Shown piece after piece: positions 1 through 10,950 of a stretch of 64,000 nt of DNA (position 1 is its first letter; each line of letters begins with the position of its first letter). Below the pieces are notes generated by a model that saw nothing but the letters and a program-made list of their open reading frames with translations, had not been told where the DNA came from and searched no databases. Source of the DNA: an uncultured Gemmataceae bacterium (GTDB taxonomy: Bacteria; Planctomycetota; Planctomycetia; Gemmatales; Gemmataceae); the NCBI GenBank assembly GCA_963750165.1, contig CAVVPN010000003.1:768001-832000 (forward strand), given 5' to 3'. The position numbers were made by a program, and so were the translations under genes.

Positions 1-4
1 CAAG

Positions 5-772
5 TCAGCGGCCGAGGATGTAGCGGTGCGGGTCCACCTCTTCGCGCAGGATGCGCAACTCGGGCTCCGCGGGCGGTGCCGTCGTGGTCAGCGGTTCGCG
101 CACGCCGATCTCGAAGCCGGTCGCCTGTCGCACCTGCGCCAGCTCGACGCCCGGGTGCAGGCTGATGATTTCCATGCGCTTCGTCTGCGCATGATAGCCC
201 ATCACGGCCATGTCGGTGATGACGCGGTACGGCCCGGTGCCCGGTGGCAGCCCCGCCGCCTCGCGCGCCCTGGGGCCTGTCAGATAGCCGGGCGTTGTCA
301 GGAAGTCCAACTTTTCCACGAAGCGGCGGCGGTCGTGGTTGGTCACCACCAGGATGCGCCAGCACAGCGACGCCAGATCGTTGGCGCCGCCGCTGCCGGG
401 GAAACGTACCTTCGGTCGGGCGTAGTCGCCGCCGATCATGGTCGAATTGAGATTACCAAAGGCGTCAATCTGAGCACCGCCGAGGAAGGTGTAGTCCATC
501 AGGCCGCGCTGGCACGTCTCCATGATGTCGGCCATGCTGGTCGCCATCGCGCCGCGGTAGAAGGTGCGCGAGTCGCCCACCGAGATCGGCATGGTCGGCA
601 GCAGCGGCGCGACGCCGCCGGCCTCGAAGCAGATGACCAGCTGCGGTGCGGTAGTGCGCTGCGCCAGCATCGCGGCGGCACACGGCACCCCGGTGCCGAC
701 GGCGACGGTGCGGCCGTCCTCCAGCAGGCGGGCGGCACAGCAGATCATTAATTCCATCGCGTTGTAGGTCAT
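5..772 (-). CDS. CoA-transferase beta subunit (glutaconate/3-oxoacid CoA-transferase B-like)
   Basis: MTYNAMELMICCAARLL start, VGTGVP, FLGGAQID..GNLNST and PGSGGANDLAS motifs; directly downstream of the alpha subunit. Confidence 0.88.
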   Translation of the reverse strand: MTYNAMELMICCAARLLEDGRTVAVGTGVPCAAAMLAQRTTAPQLVICFEAGGVAPLLPTMPISVGDSRTFYRGAMATSMADIMETCQRGLMDYTFLGGAQIDAFGNLNSTMIGGDYARPKVRFPGSGGANDLASLCWRILVVTNHDRRRFVEKLDFLTTPGYLTGPRAREAAGLPPGTGPYRVITDMAVMGYHAQTKRMEIISLHPGVELAQVRQATGFEIGVREPLTTTAPPAEPELRILREEVDPHRYILGR

Positions 773-819
773 GGCTCTCTCTCCCCTCGCCCCCTTCAGG
801 GGAGAGGGGAGCCCTTCGG

Positions 820-1827
820 TTAGCGCCCGCGGTGCAGCAAAAACTCCTGCTGCCGCAGCTGCTGCAAACGCCGCAGACCACCGCACAATTCCAGGTACTC
901 GGCGAAATCGCGGACACCGTAGATGTACTTTTGCAGGAATTCCTGCAGTCGCTCCAGATCCGTCTCCACGTCGAGCCACTGGCGGAAATGGTCCTCATCG
1001 GAAAAATACTCATACGGCATGTTGCCGGGGTAGCTGCCGTAGGGCACCTCGCACACTGCATCGACGCAGAAGAACGGGATCACCGTCCGCGTCGGGTCGG
1101 AGCGGATTTCCTCGGCGGGCACCAGGCGCTCACAGGTGATGATGAGCCGTTTGGCAGCGCGGGCCAGGTCCACGTCGGCGACGGTGGTGCCGCGGATGCG
1201 GCTGTTGCCGTAGCGGTCCGCCTCATGTACATGGATGGCCGCCACGTCCGGGTACAGCGCCGGCAGAGCGGCCAGCACCTCGCTGGTGAACGGGCAGCGG
1301 ATCACCTTCGCGGCGCTGTGGCGGAAGGTGTCGGTGCCGAGCAGCGATCGCGCCGGCAGGAACGGCAGACCCATCGCCGCCGCCTTCAACCGCACCGCCA
1401 GCGTGAAATTCGTCCACTCCGTGCATTGCACCTCGCCAGACTCCATGACACGACGGGCGTGCGGCGACAGGCCGCGCGCTTCCAGGCCGACGATATACGC
1501 CACGTCCACGCGCGCCAGCGTCTTGCCGCGGCCGGTGAGGTTGCCGGCGCAGAGCACCTGGAAGTCGTGCGTCGCGGTGTGGCCGGCGAAGCCGAGGTTT
1601 TGCCGGTTCTGGCGGAGGATTTCGTGAACGACCGCGGTCGGCAGGCGGTCGCTGCCGAAACCGCCGATGGCGAGGTAATCGCCGTCATGGACCAGCCGCG
1701 CGACGGCGTCGGTGACGGTGGTGAGCTTGTCGATCTGGGCCCGGGGTTTGGCGACGAAGGCTTCGCGGGCGCGGTCGGCGCTCGGGTCGGTGAAGAGGGT
1801 GCCGTTGCCCTGAGAGAGAGGGGTCAT
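820..1827 (-). CDS. CoA-transferase alpha subunit
   Basis: DGDYLAIGGF, RLKAAAMGLPFLPARSLLGTD, PDVAAIHVHEADRYGN motifs of family I CoA-transferase A chains. Confidence 0.88.
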   Translation of the reverse strand: MTPLSQGNGTLFTDPSADRAREAFVAKPRAQIDKLTTVTDAVARLVHDGDYLAIGGFGSDRLPTAVVHEILRQNRQNLGFAGHTATHDFQVLCAGNLTGRGKTLARVDVAYIVGLEARGLSPHARRVMESGEVQCTEWTNFTLAVRLKAAAMGLPFLPARSLLGTDTFRHSAAKVIRCPFTSEVLAALPALYPDVAAIHVHEADRYGNSRIRGTTVADVDLARAAKRLIITCERLVPAEEIRSDPTRTVIPFFCVDAVCEVPYGSYPGNMPYEYFSDEDHFRQWLDVETDLERLQEFLQKYIYGVRDFAEYLELCGGLRRLQQLRQQEFLLHRGR

Positions 1828-1845
1828 GCGGAGAGGATCCTTGCA

Positions 1846-1915
1846 CGGCGAGCGGCGCGGCGTCAGCCCGCCGGTGCTCCGCAGTACCGGCGGGCTGACG
1901 CCGCGCCGCTCGCCG
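1846..1915. repeat. REP-like palindromic repeat, family A (GAGCGGCGCGGCGTCAGCCCGCCG, inverted pair)
   Basis: Inverted pair; further copies at about 15126-15192 and 28607-28696 (degenerate), and a variant at 45889-45950. Confidence 0.85.
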
Positions 1916-1929
1916 GGACGAGGCGCCCG

Positions 1930-2364
1930 TCAGCGTACTTCGTACTCGCGCAGCAGCTGGCGGAAGCGCGGGTCGTGACGGATCGAGTCGAGGTCGCGAT
2001 CCTCGCGCATGTAGCGGAAGTCGCGGTAGCCCAGTTCGACGGCGCGGCGCAGCGTCTTCAGCGCCAGTTCGGGCCGCTTGAGCAGAGCGTAGCTGCAGGC
2101 CAGGTTGTAATGGGCCAGAGGGTCGCTGGGGCGGAGCTGCACCAAGCGTTTGTCGATCTGCATGCCTTCAGCGTAGCGACCCTTGAGCGTCAGGTTGTTG
2201 CCCTGGACGCGGAGCACATCGACATAATCGGGGTGCCGCTCGAGAATGCGGCCGAAGAATTCGATCTCAAAGTCCAGCTGGTGCTGATCCGCGGGCCGCA
2301 CCAGCGCGCCGCCGGTGGAAGTAGATCCTGCTCCTTCGTTGGAAGGTTTCCCCTGTTGCGCCAT
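1930..2364 (-). CDS. Small TPR-repeat protein
   Basis: AHYNLACSYALL...ALKTLRRAVELGY...DRDLDSIRHDPRF, a typical TPR plus C-terminal capping motif. Confidence 0.8.
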   Translation of the reverse strand: MAQQGKPSNEGAGSTSTGGALVRPADQHQLDFEIEFFGRILERHPDYVDVLRVQGNNLTLKGRYAEGMQIDKRLVQLRPSDPLAHYNLACSYALLKRPELALKTLRRAVELGYRDFRYMREDRDLDSIRHDPRFRQLLREYEVR

Positions 2365-2542
2365 GACTTCCCCCTGAGGTTGAATATCAGTCTCGGTGCC
2401 GCACGGTCCTTCGCGGAACGGCCAAACTCAGTATAGATGACCACGGTTTTGCCCGCAATCTTTTCTCGCCGCCCGTTCCCCTCGCGGCGGTTTTGATTAT
2501 ACCGGGTGGCGCCTGGCGTGCAAAACTTTCCGCCCCGCAAGT

Positions 2543-2593
2543 CCGAGCCGCGCACGGAGCGTACTCCGCGAGTACGCTCCGTGCGCGGCTCGG
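2543..2593. repeat. Perfect 24-bp inverted repeat (REP-like hairpin or terminator)
   Basis: CCGAGCCGCGCACGGAGCGTACTC-cgc-GAGTACGCTCCGTGCGCGGCTCGG, just downstream of the phosphoesterase gene. Confidence 0.75.
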
Positions 2594-2618
2594 GCCCGCT
2601 CAATGTATCCGAACGCGC

Positions 2619-3521
2619 TCAGCGCGCTTCACCACCCGAAGTCAGCGTCAGCACCGCCACCTCCGGCCGCACGTTGTAGCGCACGCGGAAGCCGAAGCCG
2701 ACGCCCTTGTTGACGTACAGGTGCCCGGCCCCCACCTGGTACAGTCCCGCCGCGTAGCGCCGCCCCTTGCGGCCCAGCGTCACGCGGCCCAGGCCCGGCA
2801 GATTGATCTGGCCGCCGTGCGTGTGGCCGCTCAGCATCAGGTCGCAGCGGTGCGACCCCACCTTCTCAATGGTACACGGATTGTGCGCCAGCACCAGACG
2901 CGGCAGCGTCGGACACAGGCCCGCGAACGCGCGGTCCGGGTCGCACTCCCGACTCCACAGGTCTTCCACCCCGGTCAGATGCAGATGCGCGTCGCCGCGC
3001 GACAGCCGCACCGTTTCGTTGCGCAGTACGCGGATGCCGCTGCCCGTCAGCGCGTCGGCGACGGCCTGGTGCAGTCGCGGATGGCGACGGATGCCCAGGG
3101 CGTTGCGCACCGAATAGTCGTGGTTGCCCAGGACCGCGTAGACGCCGTGCGGAGCGTGCAGCCGGCTCAGCACCTCCGCGACACGGCCGACGTGCTTGAA
3201 ACCCTTGTGGATGAAGTCGCCGGTCAGCGCGATCAGGTCGGGGCGCTGGCCCAGCGCCAGGTCCACCGCTTCGCGCAGGTAGGCGGGCGTGACACTCTTG
3301 CTGCAGTGCAGGTCCGAGAGCTGGACGATGCGCAGCCCCTCGAACGCCGCTGGCAGGCCGGTCAGCGGCACGGCGTGACGCGTCACCTCCAGCCAGGTCG
3401 GCTCGACGCGCACCGCGTAGTGCATGCGCGCCGAGCCGCGCCCGACCCAGCGGGCCAGGCGGTCGCGCGCCCGCTCCCGATTGCCCTCCGTGCGCAGCCA
3501 GCCGACCAGCTTGCGGAACAT
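2619..3521 (-). CDS. Calcineurin-like metallophosphoesterase (YkuE/YaeI type)
   Basis: SDLH, TGDF, LGNHD, LAHNP and SGHTHGGQ motifs. Confidence 0.9.
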   Translation of the reverse strand: MFRKLVGWLRTEGNRERARDRLARWVGRGSARMHYAVRVEPTWLEVTRHAVPLTGLPAAFEGLRIVQLSDLHCSKSVTPAYLREAVDLALGQRPDLIALTGDFIHKGFKHVGRVAEVLSRLHAPHGVYAVLGNHDYSVRNALGIRRHPRLHQAVADALTGSGIRVLRNETVRLSRGDAHLHLTGVEDLWSRECDPDRAFAGLCPTLPRLVLAHNPCTIEKVGSHRCDLMLSGHTHGGQINLPGLGRVTLGRKGRRYAAGLYQVGAGHLYVNKGVGFGFRVRYNVRPEVAVLTLTSGGEAR

Positions 3522-3635
3522 CAACGCCCTCGCCAATAAAAAAGGGTTGGCCCGGTCCTTCCCGGCCAACCCCAAGATCAGTTGCGACCGTGCGCGAAAA
3601 CTACAGCGCCCCACGACGGCCGATGACAGTCGCCC

Positions 3636-3971
3636 TCACACGTCCTCGTCCTCGTCGTCATCCTCGTCTTCGTCGTCATCCAGATCCTCGTCGTCGTCGA
3701 AGTCCTCGTCAAGGTCGTCGTCGAAGTCCTCGTCGTCGTCGAAGTCCTCGTCATCAAGGTCGTCGTCGTCGAGGTCATCGTCGAAGTCCTCGTCGTCGAG
3801 GTCGTCGTCCAGATCGTCTTCTTCGTCGTCTTCCTCATCCTCGTCGTCAACGTCTTCGTCCTCATCGCGGGCGAACGGCGCCGCGACCGTCTCCGGCCAG
3901 CATCCGGGAAGCAGCCACCATCGCGCCTCCTCCTCCGCCCAGGACCGAACCAGGGTTGTGCCACCGAACAT
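3636..3971 (-). CDS. Small protein with a very long Asp/Glu tract
   Basis: ATG preceded by GAGGA; hydrophobic/Trp-rich N-terminus then about 75 residues almost all D/E, punctuated by L/F. Confidence 0.55.
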   Translation of the reverse strand: MFGGTTLVRSWAEEEARWWLLPGCWPETVAAPFARDEDEDVDDEDEEDDEEDDLDDDLDDEDFDDDLDDDDLDDEDFDDDEDFDDDLDEDFDDDEDLDDDEDEDDDEDEDV

Positions 3972-4356
3972 TATTGTATCCTCAGTCTTGGGAAAATGAA
4001 AATGAGGGACGCCTCCTGCGCCTCCCCTCCCGTCATATCGGCACGGGCACCGGCGCACCGGCACCGGCAACTATTATTTCAAGATCGCGTAAGCCCGCGA
4101 TGGCACTTTACTTGGCGCCCTCTTGATGTCAACAGGGCTTTCGCGTTTCGCTGCACAATTCGCGGAGCGGCCCGTTGGGGGCGGCAAGGTATCCCTTCTG
4201 TAGTGAAGTTCGCCCAGGTTGTCAAGCTGCCCTAACACCTTCTGAAATCGTCACCTGGAGCGGTTTGCCGTTGACGGCGCCGCGGCCCGTTTCTAGCCTG
4301 ACAGCGGCCGCCCGCTGGGGGTTCACCGGCCGGGTTGCGCGCGTCGCGCAGGAAGG

Positions 4357-5016
4357 ATGGGGCAGCCGCGCATGAAGCCTTACGACCCGCTCAAACGCCG
4401 CGTCGGCCGCATCCTGAGCCGGCTGGCGAAGCAGTACCCCGACGCCCACTGCGCCCTGCACCACACCAGTCCGTTGCAGCTGCTGATCGCCACCATCCTG
4501 TCGGCGCAGTGTACGGACACCCGCGTCAACCTGATAACGCCTGCCCTGTTCGTGCGCTACCCCGACGCCCGCGCTTTCGCCGCCGCTGACCCGGCGGAGC
4601 TGGAAACCTTGATCCAGTCCACTGGATTTTTCCGGAACAAGGCGCGCAACATTATCGCCTGCTGCCGGGCGCTGGTGGAGCAGCACGACGGCCAGGTGCC
4701 GGGGACGATGGCGGAACTGGTGCCGCTGGCGGGCGTCGGCCGCAAGACGGCGAACGTGATTCTGGGCAACGCCTTCGCCGTGCCGGGCATCACCGTGGAT
4801 ACGCACGTCGGTCGCCTGAGCCGTCGCCTCGGCCTGACGACGCACGAGAACCCGGAGAAGGTCGAAGAGGATCTGATGCGCCTGGTCCCGAAGAAGCACT
4901 GGACGATGTTCAGCCACCGCCTGATCTTCCACGGCCGGCAGGTGTGCCACGTGCGCGGCCCACGCTGCGGCGACTGTGCGCTGGCCCGGCTGTGCCCGAA
5001 GGTTGGCGTCAATTGA
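4357..5016 (+). CDS. nth: Endonuclease III
   Basis: LLIATILSAQCTD, HhH LAGVGRKTANV, VDTHV and C-terminal CX6CX2CX5C Fe-S motif. Confidence 0.95.
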   Translation: MGQPRMKPYDPLKRRVGRILSRLAKQYPDAHCALHHTSPLQLLIATILSAQCTDTRVNLITPALFVRYPDARAFAAADPAELETLIQSTGFFRNKARNIIACCRALVEQHDGQVPGTMAELVPLAGVGRKTANVILGNAFAVPGITVDTHVGRLSRRLGLTTHENPEKVEEDLMRLVPKKHWTMFSHRLIFHGRQVCHVRGPRCGDCALARLCPKVGVN

Positions 5017-5024
5017 GAGGTAAC

Positions 5025-6272
5025 ATGGATACCTTGCTCGACCGCTTCTGCCGCTACGTCCGCCTTGACACCCAGGCCGACGAGAAGGCGACAACCTACC
5101 CCAGTTCGCCGGGCCAGCTAGAACTGGGCCGGCTACTGACGGAGGAACTGCGAGCGCTGGGCCTGCGCGACGCCGAGCAGGACGCGCACGGCATCGTCCT
5201 GGCGACCGTGCCCGCGACCGCCCGTCGCGATGCCCCGACCATCGCCTGGATCGCCCATGTGGACACGTCGCCAGAGACCACCGGCCACAATGTCAAGCCG
5301 GTCGTCCACCAGCCCTACCGCGGTGGCGACATTGTGCTGCCGGGCGATACCACCAAGGTGATTCGCGTCGCCGACAGTCCGGAACTGGTGGGCATGGTAG
5401 GCAAGACGCTCGTGACGACCGACGGCACCACGCTGCTGGGCGCCGATGACAAGGCGGGCGTGGCCGTTATCATGGAGGCGGCCGCGTACCTGGCGGCTCA
5501 CCCCGAAATTCCGCACGGCCCCATCCGCGTCTGCTTCACCTGCGACGAGGAGATCGGCCACGGTGTCGATCACGTCGATCTGAAAAAGCTGGGCGCCCAC
5601 GTCGGCTACACGCTGGACGGCGGCGGTCAGGGCGAGATCGATGGCGAGACGTTCTCGGCAGACCTGGCCGTGGTCACCCTCCGCGGCGTCAACATTCACC
5701 CGGCCATCGCGAAGGGCAAGATGGTGAACGCCCTGCGGCTGGCGGGCGCGTTCCTCGACCGCCTGCCGGCGCTGGCGCTGGCGCCGGAGGTGACGGAGGA
5801 CCGTCAGGGATTCCTGCACCCGTACCGCATTGAGGGCGGTGTCGCCGAGGTGACGCTGCGGATTTTGCTGCGCGACTTCGACACGCCAAAGCTGGCCGAG
5901 CGTGCCGACCTCCTGCGGCAACTGGCCCGGCTGTTGTCGCTGGAGTATCCGCAGGCGTCGATTGACGTGACGGTGACACCGCAGTACCGCAACATGGCGG
6001 ACGGGCTGAAGCGGGAGCCGCGAGCGCTGCGGTTCGCAGAAGAGGCAATGCGACGGGCCGGGCTGGAGCCGAAGTTGACGATTGTGCGCGGCGGCACGGA
6101 CGGTTCGCGGCTGACGGAACTGGGGCTGCCGACGCCGAACCTGTCCACGGGGGAGCACAACTTGCATTCGCCGCTGGAGTGGACGTGTCTGGAGGAGATG
6201 CAGACGGCGGTGCGGGTGCTGGTGGAGCTGGCGCAGGTGTGGGCTGCTACGGATGAGGGGGTGAAGGGGTGA
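5025..6272 (+). CDS. pepT: Peptidase T (tripeptidase, M20B)
   Basis: AHVDTS, GTTLLGADDKAG, DEEIG, HPAIAKGKMVNA, RGGTDG motifs. Confidence 0.93.
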   Translation: MDTLLDRFCRYVRLDTQADEKATTYPSSPGQLELGRLLTEELRALGLRDAEQDAHGIVLATVPATARRDAPTIAWIAHVDTSPETTGHNVKPVVHQPYRGGDIVLPGDTTKVIRVADSPELVGMVGKTLVTTDGTTLLGADDKAGVAVIMEAAAYLAAHPEIPHGPIRVCFTCDEEIGHGVDHVDLKKLGAHVGYTLDGGGQGEIDGETFSADLAVVTLRGVNIHPAIAKGKMVNALRLAGAFLDRLPALALAPEVTEDRQGFLHPYRIEGGVAEVTLRILLRDFDTPKLAERADLLRQLARLLSLEYPQASIDVTVTPQYRNMADGLKREPRALRFAEEAMRRAGLEPKLTIVRGGTDGSRLTELGLPTPNLSTGEHNLHSPLEWTCLEEMQTAVRVLVELAQVWAATDEGVKG

Positions 6273-6320
6273 AAGAAGACCGTCTTTCACCCCCTCACCC
6301 CCTCACCCCTTCACCTTCCA

Positions 6321-7083
6321 TCAGTTGCCCTGCGGCCGCACCACGCGCGGCCCCTCGGGCGTCGGCTGCACCGCCTGGAACTGCCAGCCCGGCTCCAGCG
6401 TCGTCGGCCGATTGAACTCCTGCGGATCGACCTGCACGTTCGTGAACACCTTGGCGAAGTCCCAGGTGATCTCGTTGCCGTTCGGCTCCTGGAACCAGAT
6501 TTGCCGCGGCAGTCCCGTGCTGATCGTCAGCACCAGCCGCGCCCGCGTGAACTCCGCCTTGTCCTGGTCGGCGCGGCAGCACCTCGATGTACTGATACCA
6601 GGTGTCGCCCTGCGGCGGCGGCAGCAGACGCAGCAGGTAACGGTTCTTGGCGTCCGCGGCCTTCATGCCGACGATCATCGACAGGAAGTTGTCGTCGCCC
6701 ATCTGGCCCTTCTTGGCCGCCGGCAGCTGGTGGATCCGCACCACCTTGTTGGCCGGCGCCCACTCGTACAGCGCCCGGTCGTTGATGATGAACTTCTCGA
6801 AGACGCCCGCCTTGGTCTTGTGGCTCAGGTGAAGCATCGCCTTGTCCGGTTTGAGGTACTTGGCAACGCCCTCGAACTGATCCACCGTGCCGAAGGTCTT
6901 GTCCACCTTGGTGCGGCTGCACTGGATGACAAAGGTGCTCAGGCTGCCCATCGCCTTTTCCCAGGCACCCAGGGCGGCCTCCAACTTGGGGTCCGCGGGC
7001 GGCTGCTGCGGCGCCACCGGCTGCTGCGCCAGCAGCGGAACGCCAAGCAGCAGGGCGGTCAGCGTATAAGCGATCTTGCGCAT
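6321..7083 (-). CDS. Secreted LolA-like planctomycete protein (TIGR03009-like), apparent frameshift near 6575
   Basis: Signal peptide; ORF 6295-7083 continues in ORF 6321-6533 (LPRQIWFQEPNGNEITWDF). Confidence 0.65.
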
Positions 7084-7390
7084 CGGTTATCCTCCTTCGG
7101 GTCGTTCCGCACGGGTCGGGGCGGTGCGCGCCGGGCCGGCGCCGGAAGTTCTTATAACAGGGTACGCGCCCGGCGCGAAGGTCGGTCTGTGCCGCGGTGC
7201 GGTCGGCTTGCGAATGCTGCGCCGCCGTCCGGTTTTTCGGGTATTCTCCAGCCCGCCTACGCGGAGCGCCTTGCTGGCACCCCCGGCAACCGCCGTGGAT
7301 TCCGCACAACCCGTCAAGGTTCGCCACCCAGCACAACCGATACAAGGGCAGAGGAAATGGCTAACGCCCGGAAGGTTGCGAGGAACGATC

Positions 7391-8866
7391 ATGGACCGCG
7401 CCGGCTTCCCCCGTCCCCGTGGGCTGCGGTGGTTGCTGCTGGGCCTGTGCGGGCTGCTGCCGCTGGGCTGCAGCCAGCTGCCCCAGGTTGCGCGGCGCCA
7501 ACCCGGCACAGTCGCCCCCCCGGATGCTGCCGCCCGCGGCAACGCCGGCCCAGCAGCTGCCGCCGCCGACGCAGTTGCCGCCGCCCACGCAGCCGCTGCC
7601 CGTCAAGCAGGTGCCGGTCACGCTGGACGCCGTGCTGCAGCTCGCCCAGGACCAGAACACGCGCGTGCAGATTGCGCGGGAGAAGGTGCATGAGGCGTTT
7701 GCCGGCGTCGATCTCGCCGCCAAGGCGTGGCTGCCGGATTTGTGGGCCGGCACCAGCTACTACCGCCACGATGGCGGCATCCAGGCCCCGGATGGCAGCG
7801 TCATCAACAGCAATTTCGGCTCGCTGTTCGCCGGCGCCGAAGTGGGTGCCAAATGGGACCTCCGGCAGGTCGTCTATCAGAAGATCAACGCCGAACGCGC
7901 CCTGTGGCAGCAGAAGGGCGAACTGTCGCGCGTCTCCAACGAGCAGCTGCTCGACGCCACCACCACCTACGTCGATCTGCTGGCGGCCAAGGCGGGCGAG
8001 GCCATCTCGCTGAGCCAGGAGGCCAACCTCCGCGACCTGCTGGCCCAGGCGAAGGCCCGGGCGAACGTCGAACCCGGGCGCAAGTGGAAGTGTCGAAAGT
8101 CCAGGCCGCGCTGGCCGGTCAGGAGCAATCGACATGGAAACTGCGCGCGGGCTACAGGTCGGGCTCGGCCAAGCTGGCGTATTTGCTGGGCATCGATCCG
8201 CACGCGGATCTGGTGATGGTGGAGCGCCAGTTCGCCGCGTTCAACCTGATCGACCCGCAGACGCCGCTGGCCGAACTGGAGGCTCAGGCGCTGTCCTCCG
8301 GGCCGGGCATCAAGGAGATGGAAGGCATTCTGAACCTGATCCACGAGGCCAACGAGCGCAACCAGGGCCTGGCGAAGTTTATGCCGGTGTTCGACGTGCG
8401 CGTGGCGGAGGGCGTGTTCGGCGGCGGCCCCGGTTCGTCCTCGAACTGGGACAACCGCCTGGATGTGCTGTTGCAGGCGCGCTATAACCTGACCGATTTC
8501 TTCACGCGCAGCGAACGGCAGCGCGCCGCCCAGTCCAAGCAGGCGCAGGCGCACCTGACGTATCAGGAGATCCGCGGCCGGCTGACGATGGGCGTGCAGG
8601 AGGCGTATTATGCCGCCCAGAGCGGCCAGCGCCAGATGACCATCGCCGAGGAGCAGATTCGCCAGGCGCGGGATGCGTATGAGCGGAGCCGGGAGCGGTT
8701 GAAACTCGGCATCGGTGGGGCGTCGCCGACCGAGGTGTGGCTCGGCAGTCAGTTGCTGGGCTCGGCGCAGCTCAACTACCTCAGCGCCATCCGCGATTAC
8801 GACAAGGCGCAGCTGCGACTGCTGCTGTTGCTCGGGCCCAATTGTGCGCCGCGGCCGCACCCGTGA
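7391..8866 (+). CDS. TolC-family outer-membrane efflux lipoprotein, two apparent frameshifts (about 7500 and 8080)
   Basis: Lipobox LLPLGC; VTLDAVLQLAQDQN; C-terminal YLSAIRDYDKAQLRLLLLLG; spread over three ORFs. Confidence 0.75.
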
Positions 8867-8880
8867 GGGACGCGGAGCGC

Positions 8881-10313
8881 TTATCCGAACACCTCGTCGA
8901 TGACCTCGCCGCCGAGGTTGGTGGGGATCTCATCGCGACCGTGGTGGCGGTAGACCAGCCGGTGCTGATCGACGCCCAGCGCGTGCAGGATGGTGGCGTG
9001 CAGATCGTTGGGATGCACCAGTCGCTCCACCGCGGCGTAGCCCACGTCATCGGTGGCGCCGACGGTCTGACCGCCCTGGACGCCGCCGCCGGCCAGCCAC
9101 ATCGAGTAGCCCGACGGCGAATGATTGCGCCCCGGCGCCGGAATGGCCGCGTTCTCCGCCGCCGGCGTGCGACCGAACTCGCCGCCCCAGACCACCAACG
9201 TCGAGTCCAGCAGGCCGCGCCGCTTCAGATCCGCCAGCAGCCCCGCGACAGGTTTGTCCGTCTTGCGTGCCTCGCTGCGGTGGTTGTTCAACAGGTCAGT
9301 GTGTGAGTCCCAGCCGCCGCAGCGAATCTGCACGAAGCGCACACCGCGCTCCACCAGCCGCCGGCCCAGCAGGCACATCGTCCCGAACTCGTCGCTCACC
9401 GCGTCACCGATGCCGTACAGCCGCCGCGTCAGTTCGGTCTCGCGCGCAGGTCGAACGCCTCCGGCGCGGTCGTCTGCATGCGGAACGCCAGCTCATACGA
9501 ACGAATGCGGGCCTCCAGCTCACCGCCACCACCGAGCCGCTCTGCGTGGCGGCGGTTCAGGCCGTCGAGCAGTTCGAGCTGGTTCTGCCGTTGCGCCGCG
9601 GTGGTGCCGGCCGGCATCGACACGTTCGGGATGCCGGTCGGTTGCACGCGCGTGCCCTGGAAGCGCGGCGGCAGAAAGCCGGCGTCCCAGGCGTTGGCCC
9701 GGCCGCTGGCGCCGTTCTGGATCAGCACGACGAAGCCGGGCAAATTGCGGTTCTCGCTGCCGAGGCCGTACAGCACCCAGGCACCCAGGCTGGGCCGGTC
9801 GCCGATCTGCGTGCCGGTGGTCGCCAGGTACTCCGCCGGGGCGTGGATGGGGCTGTCGTGCCGGCAGCCGCGCAGCACGCACAGCTCATCGACGTGACGG
9901 CCCGTCTCCGGGAACAGGTCCGAGACGGGCAGGCCGCTGCGGCCGCGGCGCGTGAAGCGGTAGGGCGAGGCCAGCAGGCCGGTGCGCGGCGTACGCACGA
10001 TGTTCGGGATGCCGCGGGCGATGCTCTCCGGCACCGCCTGGCCGTGCAGCCGCGCCAGCAGCGGCTTGGGGTCCCAGGTATCGACCTGACTCGGGCCGCC
10101 ACCCATGAACAGGAAAATCACACTTTTCGCCTTGCCGTTGTTGGGCAGGTTGAGGCCGTCTTCCTGCGAACGCTGACCGTGCTGTGCTGCCAGCCGGCCG
10201 TCCTGGCGGAGCAGGTCGAGCAGCGCCAGCCAGCCAAGGCCGAGGCCGGCGCGCTGCAACAGCTCACGCCGCGACAGGGGTGGAGGGCCGAAGTTACCGC
10301 AGTGTCGGTTCAT
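8881..10313 (-). CDS. DUF1501 family protein (Tat-like signal), apparent frameshift near 9445
   Basis: [61 protein letters not shown]. Confidence 0.88.
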
Positions 10314-10441
10314 GGTCTGCAGCCTCCAGGTGCAAGTTTCGCAGTTTTCTGACGGTTGAGCAGGCGGAGTTTATTCGGCCTCCGTGCTCGTTGGGGTATT
10401 CTGGGAGTGCTTATTACTCCGGCAAGAAATAGGCTCAAGTA

Positions 10442-10495
10442 GGACGGCTCTCCAGAGCCGTCTTCTTCGGCAGAGACGGCTCTGGAGAGCCGTCC
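10442..10495. repeat. REP-like inverted repeat
   Basis: GGACGGCTCTCCAGAGCCGTC...GACGGCTCTGGAGAGCCGTCC. Confidence 0.7.
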
Positions 10496-10560
10496 CACTT
10501 GATGACCTTACCTGCCGGGGTAATACTCACCCGGATTCCCTCAGAACCAGGAGCCCGCAC

Positions 10561-10620
10561 ATGGAGTTTACTTCATCCTTCCGCACGCTCCTACAAGATT
10601 TCCGATGCGTCTTCACCTGG
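10561..10620 (+). pseudogene. Possible 5' remnant of an IS701-like transposase
   Basis: AGGAG RBS then MEFTSSFRTLLQDFRCVFT, resembling transposase N-termini; breaks off after about 20 codons. Confidence 0.35.
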
Positions 10621-10695
10621 AGTGGTTCGCGCGCGGATCGCGCATGGAGGGTGGGACGGTGGGCACGGCCTGACCAGCAGGGGCCTGCGCTGTCG

Positions 10696-10861
10696 CAGCA
10701 AGGGGGCCAAGGAGGCCAAGGGGGCCAACTTTTTCACACGTCGAGATGCGGCCCCCTGGCCCTGTGCGGGTGGCACGGCGCGACCACCACTGGCGGCGGT
10801 TGCCACAGCAAGAACGCCAAGGACGCCAAGAACGCCAACTTTTTCACACGTCGAGATGCGG
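10696..10861. repeat. Two-copy direct repeat, period 110 bp
   Basis: Identical 28-mer GCCAACTTTTTCACACGTCGAGATGCGG at 10724-10751 and 10834-10861, each preceded by three CAAGnnnGC 9-mers. Confidence 0.8.
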
Positions 10862-10950
10862 GGCCGTCACCGTGGTACAGCTTCCCTTGCCGCCTCAACC
10901 CCTAAAATACCCGCGGGGTAACAAAACCGTCGCCGGAGGCGTTGGGCATC

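Noticed and set aside
3424..4126. Ser-rich, Thr-rich and Arg-rich ORFs over the acidic tract
   Set aside because: Alternative frames of the same low-complexity DNA; only the Asp/Glu frame has a clear RBS and start
10724..10861. Mini-CRISPR (28-bp repeat twice)
   Set aside because: Only two copies, the 82-bp interval is itself partly repeated, and there are no cas genes
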